NCBI GenBank assembly: GCA_963796455.1
Contig: CAWCLO010000001.1
Location: 1,120,001 to 1,184,000 of the forward strand
Source of the DNA: Candidatus Sulfomarinibacteraceae bacterium
GTDB lineage: Bacteria > Acidobacteriota > Thermoanaerobaculia > Thermoanaerobaculales > Sulfomarinibacteraceae
Direction of reading: 5' to 3'
Length of the DNA stretch: 64,000 bases
Translations under genes and position numbers: made by a program
Notes under the pieces: generated by a model
Seen by the model: only the letters and a program-made list of their open reading frames with translations
What the model was told of the DNA's origin: nothing
The model's database searches: none
Shown: positions 10,150 through 19,810 of the stretch, one piece after another
Numbering within the stretch: the first letter of the stretch is position 1
How the letters are laid out: every line of letters begins with the position of its first letter

Positions 10150-11323
10150 ATCTCAGCCCATCTGCCGGTTCGCGCCGTGCAATCAATCGAGAGGGCAGCC
10201 ACGACGCAGTGGCGGCCAAAGTGAGCGCCAAAGCCATCACCATTCCGACCATCAACGGATCGACCCGGAAGGGCACCGAAGAAACGACAAAAATGCCCCG
10301 CGGCAGGGGCAGCGCACCGGTGCGATCGAGGATGAGCGCCGTGGCGATTCCGAGTGAAGCACCAATAATCGAGCCGACCATGCCGATCCCGACGCCGAGG
10401 AAAAGAAACAGCCGGCGGAGCGCACTCGGCGACAAACCGATCCCGGCAAGGACCGAGAGATCAATTCTTTTTTCGGCCGCTATCATGGCGACATTACAGA
10501 GGAGATTGAGGGCGGCGACCACCAGCATCAATCCGACCGCAAGAAAAATCATCACTCTTTCAAGGGCGAGCGCCAGCAGGAGCGGTCGATGCAGCTCCTC
10601 GAGGTCAAGGACCCGTGCAGAGATACCCTCGTTTTCGATGACGGTTCGAAGCCTGGAACCAAGACGCCACGGATCATCGACATCGCGAAGCTCGAGGGCC
10701 TCGACGCGACCACCCCCCCACAGCAAGCGCTGCGCCGCTTCGAGCGGCAGCCGGATTGAACCGGCCTCCGCGCCGGGTTCAGTGGTCTGGACTGCAGCGA
10801 CCTCGGTCCGCACTCTGACCGGCAGCGGACCCATCGGCGTCAGACGGTGACGAGGAGAAATCACCTGAAGAATGTCGCCGCGGCCGACTCCCAGCCTCGC
10901 CGCCAAAACCCGGTCGATCGACACATCCAACGCGTCAGACCGGCCGACCACCGATGCCGGAACGGCATCCATGGCCGACGAAACAAGGCACGTACCGCGT
11001 ACAACCTGCACCATTTCCATCTGGCCGAACTCTTTTTGCAAGACCGAGGCCAACTTCTGCGGATCCTCGAGAAGACGGCCCTCGGCCGGGACAATCCGCG
11101 CGTGAGCCGCTTCGTTGACAATCTCCTGACGGATGCTGGATTGGAACCCATCCAGAAGCGAGAGGGTCACCACCAGGGCGAGCACTCCGAGACCGAGGCC
11201 CACCATAGAGATCAGGGTCACCGTTGCAACGTGGGTCCGGCGCCGGAGCCCGACCAGGTAGCGGCGTGCGAGGTGGAGCTCAGCGGACAAACTCACCACC
11301 AAACTGTCCGATTGCCCGGACAT
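10142..11323 (-). CDS. Lipoprotein-releasing ABC transporter permease (LolC/E)
   Basis: LARRYL N-terminus, TM helix, periplasmic domain, FtsX-type C-terminal TMs, PADGLRYE end. Confidence 0.85.
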   Translation of the reverse strand: MSGQSDSLVVSLSAELHLARRYLVGLRRRTHVATVTLISMVGLGLGVLALVVTLSLLDGFQSSIRQEIVNEAAHARIVPAEGRLLEDPQKLASVLQKEFGQMEMVQVVRGTCLVSSAMDAVPASVVGRSDALDVSIDRVLAARLGVGRGDILQVISPRHRLTPMGPLPVRVRTEVAAVQTTEPGAEAGSIRLPLEAAQRLLWGGGRVEALELRDVDDPWRLGSRLRTVIENEGISARVLDLEELHRPLLLALALERVMIFLAVGLMLVVAALNLLCNVAMIAAEKRIDLSVLAGIGLSPSALRRLFLFLGVGIGMVGSIIGASLGIATALILDRTGALPLPRGIFVVSSVPFRVDPLMVGMVMALALTLAATASWLPSRLIARREPADGLRYE

Positions 11324-11394
11324 CCGTCCGCCCGCACGGACATATCGAGGCGAGCCGGAAACCCGGCCCTGATTTTGGAATCAACTTCCTCACC

Positions 11395-12879
11395 TCAATC
11401 CCGCGGGCGCAGCTGCGGGAAGAGGATGGCATCGCGAATCGATTGCTGATTGGTCAATAACATGACCAAACGATCGATACCGATCCCTTCGCCACCGGCC
11501 GGGGGCATGCCATGTTCGATAGCAAGCACGAAATCCTCGTCCACCATGCCGTCTTGCTCGGCCGCCTGGGCTTCGAGCCGACGTCGCTGCTCGACGGGAT
11601 CGTTGAGCTCGGTAAAAGCATTCGCCACCTCGAGGCCACCGATAAAGAGCTCGAATCGTTCAACCACATCGGGATCGTCCGGGGTCGATTTGGCAAAGGG
11701 CGAGATCTCGCGCGGGAAATCCATGATGAAGGTGGGATTGATCATCAGCGACTCGGCGGTCATCTCGAAGAGCTCGGCGAAGAGATTGCCGTCGGAACGC
11801 TCATCGATGCGCTGCACTTCAAGCTTGCGCGCCGCCGCTTCCATCTTTGGCCGATCGGTCAGGTCATCCGGGCTCAAGTCAGAGTACTCGAGGATGGCAT
11901 CGCGCATACGCAGCCGGCGCCACGGTCGGTTGAAATCGATGGTGTGCTCGCCCCACTCCACCACCAGCCCACCGGTCACCTCTTCGACGACGCCGGTCAC
12001 CAGCTCTTCAGTGAGATCCATCATCATTTCGTAGTCCGCATATGCCCAGTAGAACTCGAGCATCGTGAACTCGGGATTGTGGCGAGTGGAGATCCCCTCG
12101 TTGCGGAAGTTTCGATTCAACTCGAAGACCCGCTCGAAGCCGCCGATCGTCAACCGCTTGAGGAAGAGCTCGGGTGCGATGCGGAGATAGAGCTCCAGAT
12201 CGAGGGTGTTGTGATGCGTCACGAAGGGCCGCGCAGTGGCGCCGCCCGGTATCGGTTGCATCATGGGCGTTTCGACCTCCATGAATCCCTTGTCCTCGAG
12301 CCGCCTCCTGATGGACGAAATCGTCCTCGATCGAGTTTCGAAGACCTCGCGGGAAGATGGGTTGGACAGAAGATCGAGATACCGTTGCCGCGCTCGCGCC
12401 TCGCGATCGGTCAAGCCATGATATTTCTCCGGCAGGGGCCGAAGGGACTTCGACAATATCTGGAGCTTTTTGACGGCGACGCTGAGTTCTCCGGCCCGGG
12501 TCCTGAAGACCGTCCCTTCAACACCAAGAAAATCGCCAAGATCGAGCAGCTTGAAGATCTGCCAGTCGAGTTCGTCGAGATCGTTCTTTCGCAGATAGAG
12601 CTGGATCTGACCGGCACCGTCCGAAAGATCACAGAACGAAACCTTTCCGTGGCCCCGAACCGCCACCAGACGACCGGCCAGCCGGACCTCAGGTTTCGCC
12701 GCCTCAAGCTCATCGGCGGTCTTTTCCTCGAACCGGGCACGCGATTCACTGACGGATTCCTCGACCCGATAACGACGGGGATAAGGATCCTGACCGAGCT
12801 CATAAAGAGCATCGAGCTTGGCTCGGCGGTTGGCTATCAGCTGTTCAACCGGTTGTTGGGCATCATCCTTGCTGTCCAC
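11395..12879 (-). CDS. lysS: Lysine-tRNA ligase (class II)
   Basis: YLRIAPELFLKRL, FRNEGISTRHNPEFT, GIGIDRL. Confidence 0.97.
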   Translation of the reverse strand: MDSKDDAQQPVEQLIANRRAKLDALYELGQDPYPRRYRVEESVSESRARFEEKTADELEAAKPEVRLAGRLVAVRGHGKVSFCDLSDGAGQIQLYLRKNDLDELDWQIFKLLDLGDFLGVEGTVFRTRAGELSVAVKKLQILSKSLRPLPEKYHGLTDREARARQRYLDLLSNPSSREVFETRSRTISSIRRRLEDKGFMEVETPMMQPIPGGATARPFVTHHNTLDLELYLRIAPELFLKRLTIGGFERVFELNRNFRNEGISTRHNPEFTMLEFYWAYADYEMMMDLTEELVTGVVEEVTGGLVVEWGEHTIDFNRPWRRLRMRDAILEYSDLSPDDLTDRPKMEAAARKLEVQRIDERSDGNLFAELFEMTAESLMINPTFIMDFPREISPFAKSTPDDPDVVERFELFIGGLEVANAFTELNDPVEQRRRLEAQAAEQDGMVDEDFVLAIEHGMPPAGGEGIGIDRLVMLLTNQQSIRDAILFPQLRPRD

Positions 12880-12965
12880 GCATCCTCCAACTGCTTCGTG
12901 CGGCGCGCTATTTTACCTCAGCATTTCGCCTTCGGCGAATTGCAGGGACCAATTTTTTCAACAAT

Positions 12966-13796
12966 TTACCGCTTGTTCTTTGCGTGCGCTGAGGCGCTGC
13001 CTTTTTTTGCCTTCGGGTCCTTCGGCGTTGGCCGCCGGCGTCGGGGAGGCCTGGGACGGCCCGGTTTTGCAGACGAGCGCCTCAATTCCTCGATTTCTTT
13101 TGCGCTCAAGGTGCGGAACTCACCAGCCTTCAGCGATTTGTCCCGCAAAGGGCCGATCGCGGTCCGCCGCAATCGTTGCACGTGGTGACCGGCGTGAAAA
13201 AACAACTCGCGAACCTCGTGGGTACGGCCCTCGCTGACCTCGACCCGCCACCAACTGCTCGATCCACCACGCCTCTTGGATTCGCAGCGCGCCGACAATG
13301 GCTTGACCCGACACCCTTCGATGACGGTGCCGGCCATCAACTTTTTGTATTCGGAGTCGCTGAGATCGCCGCGGATCTTGACCAGGTACTCGCGCACGAT
13401 CCCATGCCGCGGGTGGGCGACTTTTGCCGCCAGATCCCCATCGTTGGTGAGTATGATCAGGCCCTCGGAGTGATAGTCGAGCCGGCCGACCGGATAGACC
13501 CGCTCTCGGATCACTGGTCTGACGATGTCGATCACCGTGCGGCGCTGTTCGGGGTCATCACAGGTGGTCATCACCTCGCGGGGTTTGTAGACGAGAAAGT
13601 ACCGCAACTGCTCGGGAGCCTTGATTGCCCTGCCGTCAACCTTGATGTGAACCTCGGTCAGTTCGACCTTTTCCCCGGTCACAGCGACCCGCCCATCGAC
13701 GGTCACCCTGCCATCGGCGATCATCCGGTCGGCGTCGCGACGAGAGCACAGACCGGAACGCGCAATGATTTTCTGTAATCGTTCTTCTGCCATCAT
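12966..13796 (-). CDS. rluB: RsuA/RluB-family pseudouridine synthase
   Basis: ERLQKIIA S4 domain, PVGRLD catalytic motif, EGRTHEVR. Confidence 0.88.
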   Translation of the reverse strand: MMAEERLQKIIARSGLCSRRDADRMIADGRVTVDGRVAVTGEKVELTEVHIKVDGRAIKAPEQLRYFLVYKPREVMTTCDDPEQRRTVIDIVRPVIRERVYPVGRLDYHSEGLIILTNDGDLAAKVAHPRHGIVREYLVKIRGDLSDSEYKKLMAGTVIEGCRVKPLSARCESKRRGGSSSWWRVEVSEGRTHEVRELFFHAGHHVQRLRRTAIGPLRDKSLKAGEFRTLSAKEIEELRRSSAKPGRPRPPRRRRPTPKDPKAKKGSASAHAKNKR

Positions 13797-13867
13797 TCCC
13801 TCACACTGGGATTCTCCACCTCGCGGCGGGGTTGGTGATTGTAGCGCGAAGTCGGCGGGAAGGCTAT

Positions 13868-13951
13868 GGGGCTTGGGGCTTGGGGCTTGGGGCTTGGGGC
13901 TTGGGGCTTGGGGCTTGGGGCTTGGGGCTTGGGGCTTGGGGCTTGGGGCTT
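13868..13951. repeat. Tandem heptamer array GGGGCTT x12
   Basis: 12 perfect units; degenerate inverted partner CAAGCCC CAGGTCC CGGGTCT CGAGCCT at 13981-14008. Confidence 0.97.
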
Positions 13952-14031
13952 CAATGGATCGATCGCGTATCTGAGCATGTCAAGCCCCAGGTCCCGGGTC
14001 TCGAGCCTCTTGGCGTGGAATCGACTATCCT

Positions 14032-15297
14032 GTGATGGTCATGCCCTCCATCGACATCAACGCTCTCGACGGCGATCTGCTCTTGCGCGGCGTGTGGGAG
14101 GGTCTGGGCCGCCCGGAAATCCATCTGACGGGCGGGTATCTCCGCGACCGGCTGCTTGGCGGAAACAACTCGGACCTCGATCTCGTACTGCCCGGCACGA
14201 TCGACGACACCCACGGCCCCGCGAAGCGCCTGGCGGCCAGGCTCGACACATCGGCCCACATCCTCGGACGTGGAGAAAAGAGCGTCTGGAGGATTGAGAC
14301 CTCGGAAATCAATATTGAGCTCTGGCCCCTGGGCGACCTGAGCCTCGACGATGACATCAGGAGACGGGATTTCTCGATCAATGCGCTGGTTCGACCGCTG
14401 CCGGATGGGGCCATTGTGGATCGGGTTGGAGGCCTCGATGATCTTGGTGGCGGCGTGCTGCGAGCCATCTCAAAAAAGAATCTCGAGGAGGACCCCGTCC
14501 GGTTGCTGCGCGCGCCGCGCTTCCTCGCACAGCTCGACGGCTTCGAAATCGATAGCGAAAGCGCTCGGTGGATTCGGGATCTGACTCAACGACTCCATGA
14601 CGCGCCACGCGAAAGGGTCGGGACCGAACTCTCCAAGCTGGTGCGGGCGCCGGGAGCCGCTCGCGGTCTGCAGACCCTGGGTCAACTCGGTCTCCTGCTG
14701 CCGGCTGCTCCCGAAGGCTCGTCATGCGACGTCCGATGGCTCGACCGGAACCTCGATACGGTGCATCGATTGGTCATTCCGAAAATGCACCCCGTCCCCG
14801 CAGCCCTGCTCCAGGCCGGAGACTCCGCCCGGCTGGCACCTCTTTTTTTGGCATGGGGCACTCCCGATGAAAAATCATTAGCACCCTATGCGTGGCCGCG
14901 GGAGATTCGTCGACACGCCGTCCAGGCAGCAGAACTCCTCCAGCAGGCCCTCGCGACGGTCGGTGCCCCGATCAAGGACCGGAGGGCTATGATCCACATG
15001 GTTGGAACCGGTTTTCCGGCCGTACTGGCATTTGCCGCTGCCGTCCAACCCGACCATCCATGGCGCAGGTGGTGGCGGCTGTGGTTGGAGCGTGGGGCCG
15101 AACTGGTGTGTCCCTCAGCAATGCTCACCGGAAATGAAATCGCGGAGATCGTCGGTCTGAAGCCGGGGTCCGAGCTCGGCCGCGTGGTCAGATCTTTCAT
15201 CGAAGCCCAGGTGAGGGGCGAGTTTCGAAGCCGCGCGGGGAGTATCCGATGGCTGCGCGGCATGCTCGGAGAGCTTGGCCGACCAGGATCTCCATAA
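14032..15297 (+). CDS. cca: CCA-adding/poly(A) polymerase family nucleotidyltransferase
   Basis: GGYLRD, DLD, RRDFSINA, EDPVRLLR motifs. Confidence 0.85.
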   Translation: MMVMPSIDINALDGDLLLRGVWEGLGRPEIHLTGGYLRDRLLGGNNSDLDLVLPGTIDDTHGPAKRLAARLDTSAHILGRGEKSVWRIETSEINIELWPLGDLSLDDDIRRRDFSINALVRPLPDGAIVDRVGGLDDLGGGVLRAISKKNLEEDPVRLLRAPRFLAQLDGFEIDSESARWIRDLTQRLHDAPRERVGTELSKLVRAPGAARGLQTLGQLGLLLPAAPEGSSCDVRWLDRNLDTVHRLVIPKMHPVPAALLQAGDSARLAPLFLAWGTPDEKSLAPYAWPREIRRHAVQAAELLQQALATVGAPIKDRRAMIHMVGTGFPAVLAFAAAVQPDHPWRRWWRLWLERGAELVCPSAMLTGNEIAEIVGLKPGSELGRVVRSFIEAQVRGEFRSRAGSIRWLRGMLGELGRPGSP

Positions 15298-15318
15298 AAA
15301 ATACGCAAATCACCAGGA

Positions 15319-16632
15319 TCAGAGCGGGCTGACCCCTCTCAAAGAAGCCTGATCAGTCTCCGAGAGCCGGTTTTCGAATCGTCGCTTCTGCCTCTCGAAC
15401 CTCCGGGCCAGAACTCGAGCCACTGTTCGGTGTCCCGCCACCGAGAGGTGGTCGTCATTCTCCCGGATGACATTCTCGGCCCCGAGCAGCCTCATTTCGG
15501 CGATCGGATCAACGCAGATGATGCCGAGATCACGACAGATTTCGGCCACCCGGCGCGCGGGCTTACGAAAATCCAGATCCTGTTCCGATTCGATGACACC
15601 GAAATCGCGCATCTCCGCCAGTGCGTCCGGATAGGCAAACATCTGAAGCCGACCCGCGATATCGGAGCTCGTTGGAATGGTCACGACGACGAATTGAAAA
15701 CCCCGTTCATCCGAAAGATCCTTGAATCGGGAGAATACTTCCCGCAAAAGATCGAATGCCTCGTTCATCTTCGCCGAGTATTCCTTCCGGTACGTCGCGA
15801 CCTCGCCATCACGGTAGTGAAGCAGATCGACGCCCTGATCATCAAAGAGGGGCGGCCAGACACCAAAGGCCCCTCCATTGGATCCTGATTGCGCAAAGAA
15901 ATTGATCGATCGCCTGACCGACAATCCCTGGAGGTACGCGAAATGCGCCAGGGCGGAGCGCTGGCGGAGAATCTCCGATCCCCGTTTCAATGAGAGCGGT
16001 GAAACCCGCAGCAGGTGCTCATGAGCGATATTGAAATTGATGTCGTTGGCCATGAAAACACCCACGACGACGATGTCCGGCTTCATTCGCAGCAGTTGAT
16101 CCGCTACCAGGCGATATTCGCTCACGGTCGACATTCCGATGACACCCGCGTTGAGAACCTCGATGCCGTCGGTCTCGCCGACGAGCTCCCCGAAAACTGC
16201 AGGGAACGCCTCGTCGACAGCGACCCCGGCACCGTATGTCCCTGAATCACCGGCAAATATGACCCGCGTACAACCCGGTGATTTGGCGAAGGCCATGCGT
16301 TGACCCCTGATCTCGACCCCATCAGACAGGTCGGGGTCGAAAAACACGTCGTGGACCCAACTTTCCCTGGGAATTTGTCCGAGATTGCAGTCGAAAACCG
16401 TTCGTAGTCGTTCGTGTTCTCCCTGATACCCGACGATTCGCAACCCCAGTTCAGCGGCCAGAAGCCCGGCTGTCAGGCCCAGCATCGAGAGCGCGGCGAT
16501 GCCCACCGGGCCTGCCCGGCTTGCCTGTGAACCTCGCGCCCTGGTCCTCTTCCGCATGCCAGGCAGAGGAACACTGGTCGGCGCAGGTGAGGCCAACTCA
16601 GGTTCCTGCAATCGCTGATAGCGAGTATTCAT
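15319..16632 (-). CDS. Membrane-anchored SGNH/GDSL hydrolase-family protein
   Basis: TM segment, GDS, NAGVIG, ND and DxH (DDH) blocks. Confidence 0.75.
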   Translation of the reverse strand: MNTRYQRLQEPELASPAPTSVPLPGMRKRTRARGSQASRAGPVGIAALSMLGLTAGLLAAELGLRIVGYQGEHERLRTVFDCNLGQIPRESWVHDVFFDPDLSDGVEIRGQRMAFAKSPGCTRVIFAGDSGTYGAGVAVDEAFPAVFGELVGETDGIEVLNAGVIGMSTVSEYRLVADQLLRMKPDIVVVGVFMANDINFNIAHEHLLRVSPLSLKRGSEILRQRSALAHFAYLQGLSVRRSINFFAQSGSNGGAFGVWPPLFDDQGVDLLHYRDGEVATYRKEYSAKMNEAFDLLREVFSRFKDLSDERGFQFVVVTIPTSSDIAGRLQMFAYPDALAEMRDFGVIESEQDLDFRKPARRVAEICRDLGIICVDPIAEMRLLGAENVIRENDDHLSVAGHRTVARVLARRFERQKRRFENRLSETDQASLRGVSPL

Positions 16633-16815
16633 CTCTGAAAGACGGGCCGTCGAGCGAAAAAACGGCGACGTTACATCATGGGCACTACATGTGCTCCTTC
16701 GCTCAATTGTTCATTTTATCAGGTAAAAATCGGATCACGAGGGTTTTGCAACCGGGGAGAGCCGCCCTGTGAGCGACTACCAGCGCGGTTCCTGCGGATT
16801 CTCCGAGACAGAGCG

Positions 16816-17190
16816 TCAGGAAAACTCGAGTAATTCGACCGGCATGCCGTTGTGGAGAATCATCGCGACTCGCACTCCGCCCATCGGTGACGTGAGATCC
16901 CCGATCAGCTCTTTGCCCTCGATCGCCGCGTCGATGTCATCCACCTCGAAGGCGAGGTGAGGAACCGTCCGGACCAGTTCTGAAATCGGGCTATCCGGCT
17001 CGAAACGCATCCACTCCACCCCGTAGGGGCTGGAATCAAAACCGACCACGTGCATTCCGTACTCTTCAAGAAAGCGTTCCCCGGGCCGTACCTCGTCGGT
17101 CGGGATGCCCATGTGGTGGTATCGCCAACCCCACTCGGCGGTAGCCTGGGGCAATTCGTGCTCACGACGCGCTTTTTTTGATGCCGTCAT
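16816..17190 (-). CDS. VOC/glyoxalase-fold protein
   Basis: YHHMGIP, PHLAFEVDDI, PVELLE. Confidence 0.7.
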   Translation of the reverse strand: MTASKKARREHELPQATAEWGWRYHHMGIPTDEVRPGERFLEEYGMHVVGFDSSPYGVEWMRFEPDSPISELVRTVPHLAFEVDDIDAAIEGKELIGDLTSPMGGVRVAMILHNGMPVELLEFS

Positions 17191-17256
17191 GTCGACAATG
17201 ATGCCACAGGCGGCAGACTTTCTCCCCTTCCCCTGTCAGTCTCGGCGCCCGAGTTG

Positions 17257-17772
17257 CAGCGGCAGCGACAGTGTCCAGCGTCAGCGTCAGCGACAGCGGC
17301 AGCGGTCAGGAGTACAGGCGGCGAAGTGGCCACCACCGGGTCGTTCAAAAGAAGGGGTAGCCGGTGGGCGGCCGAGTCGGTAGAGACCGGTCGAATCACT
17401 GGAGAATCGCCTACGCCTCGGCGAAAGAGGTCGACAGCCACTTGCTACTCCTCGCCCACGCCGGAGCGATCAGCCCTAACGGAGCCAGTGAAGCGATGAA
17501 CGCCTTCGATCAAGTCCGTGCCATGACCTGGCGGCTGCTGAACCCGAAGAAGTGATTGCAGTCGCTGTCCCGGCCGCTGGTCGCTGCCGCTGACTCCTGT
17601 TCTCTGACGCTGTTCCCTGTCGCCGTCCCTGAACGATAGCCGACACCCTGTCTTGAACAAGAGTGATCCAGCATCTAGCATCCAGCATCGAGTATCGAAG
17701 GGCCGGACGGCTCTCCCTTTCCCCCCTTCTCCCTTTCTCCCTTTCCCTTTCCCCCCTGCCCTCTGCCCCCCT
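17257..17772. mobile_element. Composite STR-flanked cassette: (CAGCGD)n - conserved leader - four-helix-bundle remnant - (HCGCTG)n - TCTTG/CAAGA motif - (CCAGCAT)n - C/T-rich octamers
   Basis: Blocks shared with 36394-36623, 48742-49100, 59261-59680 and 34593-34817. Confidence 0.65.
17364..17555 (+). pseudogene. C-terminal fragment of a four-helix-bundle (23S rRNA IVP / TIGR02436-like) protein
   Basis: GRxGRDRxxHWRIAYASAKEVDSHL...FDQVRAMTWRL matches the family GR...IAxxSxxE pattern; N-terminal half absent. Confidence 0.7.
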
Positions 17773-17799
17773 GAACGGGGCGCGGGTAAAATACTGCGC

Positions 17800-19488
17800 A
17801 TGACATCCATACTCGCCGTTCTGGTGTGCTTCGCGGTCTATTTCGCGGGCTATCTCTTCTACTCCCGCTATCTGGCCGAAAAGCTCTTCACGCTGCGGCC
17901 CGATGCCGAAACACCGGCCCACGCGCTGCGCGACGGGATCGACTACGTCCCGACACCGCCATTGGTTCTCTTCGGCCACCACTACGCCTCGATCACCGGT
18001 CTCTCGCCCATGCTCGGACCGGCTATCGCCGTCGTCTGGGGCTGGCTCCCAGCCATGATCTGGGTGGTCTTCGGCTCGATCCTGATCGGCTGTGTTCACG
18101 ATTTCGGCGCGTTGGTGATCTCGGTGCGCGCCAAGGGACTCTCGATCGGCTCGATTGCCGAAGGCCTGATGGGCAAGCGCGCCAAGTCGCTGATGCACGC
18201 GATCATCTTTTTTGCCATTGCCCTGGCGATGGGCGTCTTCGCCTACGTGGTCGGGCTCTTGTTTTCAGCCTCCTACTACCCGGAATCGGTGGTCCCGTCC
18301 GGAGTGATCCTGGTCGCGGCGTTGATCATCGGGTGGCTGGTCCGGCGCAAGGGATTCCGCCTCGGCACATTGATCTCCATCGCCTTTGTGATCATCCTCG
18401 CAGTGGTCGTCGCCTCGCCCCACATGCCCGTCAAATGGGCGTCCTCCGGCGGTTGGACCTGGATTCTGCTCGCTTACGCCTGGCTCGCCTCGGTGCTCCC
18501 GGTGTGGTCCCTGCTCCAACCCCGTGATTTTCTCAACTCGCTGCTGCTCTACGTCGGTCTCGGTCTGACTTACATCGGCTTCTTTATCCTTCGTCCCGAG
18601 TTCGCCTCGCCCGTAATCGACACTCACCCGGTCGGTGCGCCACCGATGTACCCCTTTGTGTTCATCGTCATTGCGTGCGGCGCCGCCTCGGGCTTCCACT
18701 CGCTGGTTTCATCCGGAACCACCGCGAAACAGCTCGACCGCGAGCCCCAGGCGCGCCCCATCGGTTATGGGGCCATGATCGGAGAATCACTGCTCGGTCT
18801 GGCGGCGGTTCTCGCGTGTACCGCAGGTTTTGTGTCACCCACCGCCTGGCGCCACCACTACGCGGATTGGGGCTCGATCCAGGGTCTCGGCAACAGCATG
18901 TCGGCTTTCATCGAAGGGGCGACCCGGTTCGTCTCGGTAGTCGGCCTGCCCGAACAGACCGCCCGCACCCTGATCGCCGTAGTGGTGGTGAGTTTCGCGC
19001 TGACGACCCTCGATTCGGCCACCCGCCTCCTGCGCTACAACATCGAAGAAATTGCCACATCCATCAGATTCCAACCACTCCGGAACCGCTACCTCTCATC
19101 CACCCTGGCGGTGGCGGCGATTTCCTTTTTCGCCTTCTATCGAATTGAGGGGCAGTCGGCGGGACTGGTCCTGTGGCAACTGTTTGGATCGACCAACCAG
19201 CTCCTGGCCGGTCTTGCGCTGCTCACAGTGTCGCTGTATCTCCTGCAACGCGGCCGCCCGGCCCTCCCCTATCTGATTCCGATGTTCTTCATGATGATCA
19301 CGACCCTCATCGCCATGGCGATCAAGCTCCGCTCCTTCTGGGAGCAGGGCAATCAGACCCTGCTCGTTGTCGGTGGCATCATCACGGTCATCGCCTTGTG
19401 GTTGGTCGTTGAGGCGGTGCTCGCGATCCGGCGGTTCTCGCGCACGCCTCCGGTGGAAAGTCTGGATATCGAGCTTCCGGGGATGTAG
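17800..19488 (+). CDS. cstA: Carbon starvation protein A (peptide/pyruvate transporter)
   Basis: TPAH...DGIDYVP, LFGHHYASITG, IACGAASGFH, LFGSTNQLLA; start set at ATG 17800. Confidence 0.92.
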   Translation: MTSILAVLVCFAVYFAGYLFYSRYLAEKLFTLRPDAETPAHALRDGIDYVPTPPLVLFGHHYASITGLSPMLGPAIAVVWGWLPAMIWVVFGSILIGCVHDFGALVISVRAKGLSIGSIAEGLMGKRAKSLMHAIIFFAIALAMGVFAYVVGLLFSASYYPESVVPSGVILVAALIIGWLVRRKGFRLGTLISIAFVIILAVVVASPHMPVKWASSGGWTWILLAYAWLASVLPVWSLLQPRDFLNSLLLYVGLGLTYIGFFILRPEFASPVIDTHPVGAPPMYPFVFIVIACGAASGFHSLVSSGTTAKQLDREPQARPIGYGAMIGESLLGLAAVLACTAGFVSPTAWRHHYADWGSIQGLGNSMSAFIEGATRFVSVVGLPEQTARTLIAVVVVSFALTTLDSATRLLRYNIEEIATSIRFQPLRNRYLSSTLAVAAISFFAFYRIEGQSAGLVLWQLFGSTNQLLAGLALLTVSLYLLQRGRPALPYLIPMFFMMITTLIAMAIKLRSFWEQGNQTLLVVGGIITVIALWLVVEAVLAIRRFSRTPPVESLDIELPGM

Positions 19489-19776
19489 AGGATGCTGGAT
19501 GCGGAATCCGCCACCCAACCCATCCGATCCCGTTCCCGATCCCGCAAGCACGCAGGGGAGAAAGGGGGAAAGGGGGAAAGGGAGATCCATCTCAGACATG
19601 GCAGAGGGCAGAGGGGCAAGGGGGCAGAGGAGAAAGGGAGGCCGTCGGTCCGTTCTGTGGTTCACCTTCACATCGACAGCGATGTCCTCTCTGCGTTCAC
19701 CTGCGTGATCTGCGGTTTCTCCTGGGTTGTTCGGCGAAATCCGAAATCCGAAATCCGAAATTCCTAATTCCTAATC
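19489..19776. repeat. Intergenic STR mosaic (GATGCTG, CCCGWT, GGGRGAAA, GCAGAGGG, TCTGCGTNA, ATCCGAA)
   Basis: Read directly; 19630-19775 is homologous to 55333-55556. Confidence 0.8.
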
Positions 19777-19810
19777 AAAGGGCTCCGGCGACGACCGAAA
19801 TCTTCCGTCG

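Noticed and set aside
17364..17555. Diversity-generating retroelement suggested by the Avd-like remnant
   Set aside because: No reverse transcriptase and no template/variable repeat pair with adenine-specific mismatches in the window.
17653..17799. N-terminal extensions in the ORF track for cstA, rnd, mtnA and yicC
   Set aside because: The extensions run through intergenic repeat mosaics; family homology starts at downstream ATGs (17800, 24615, 34566, 55070).
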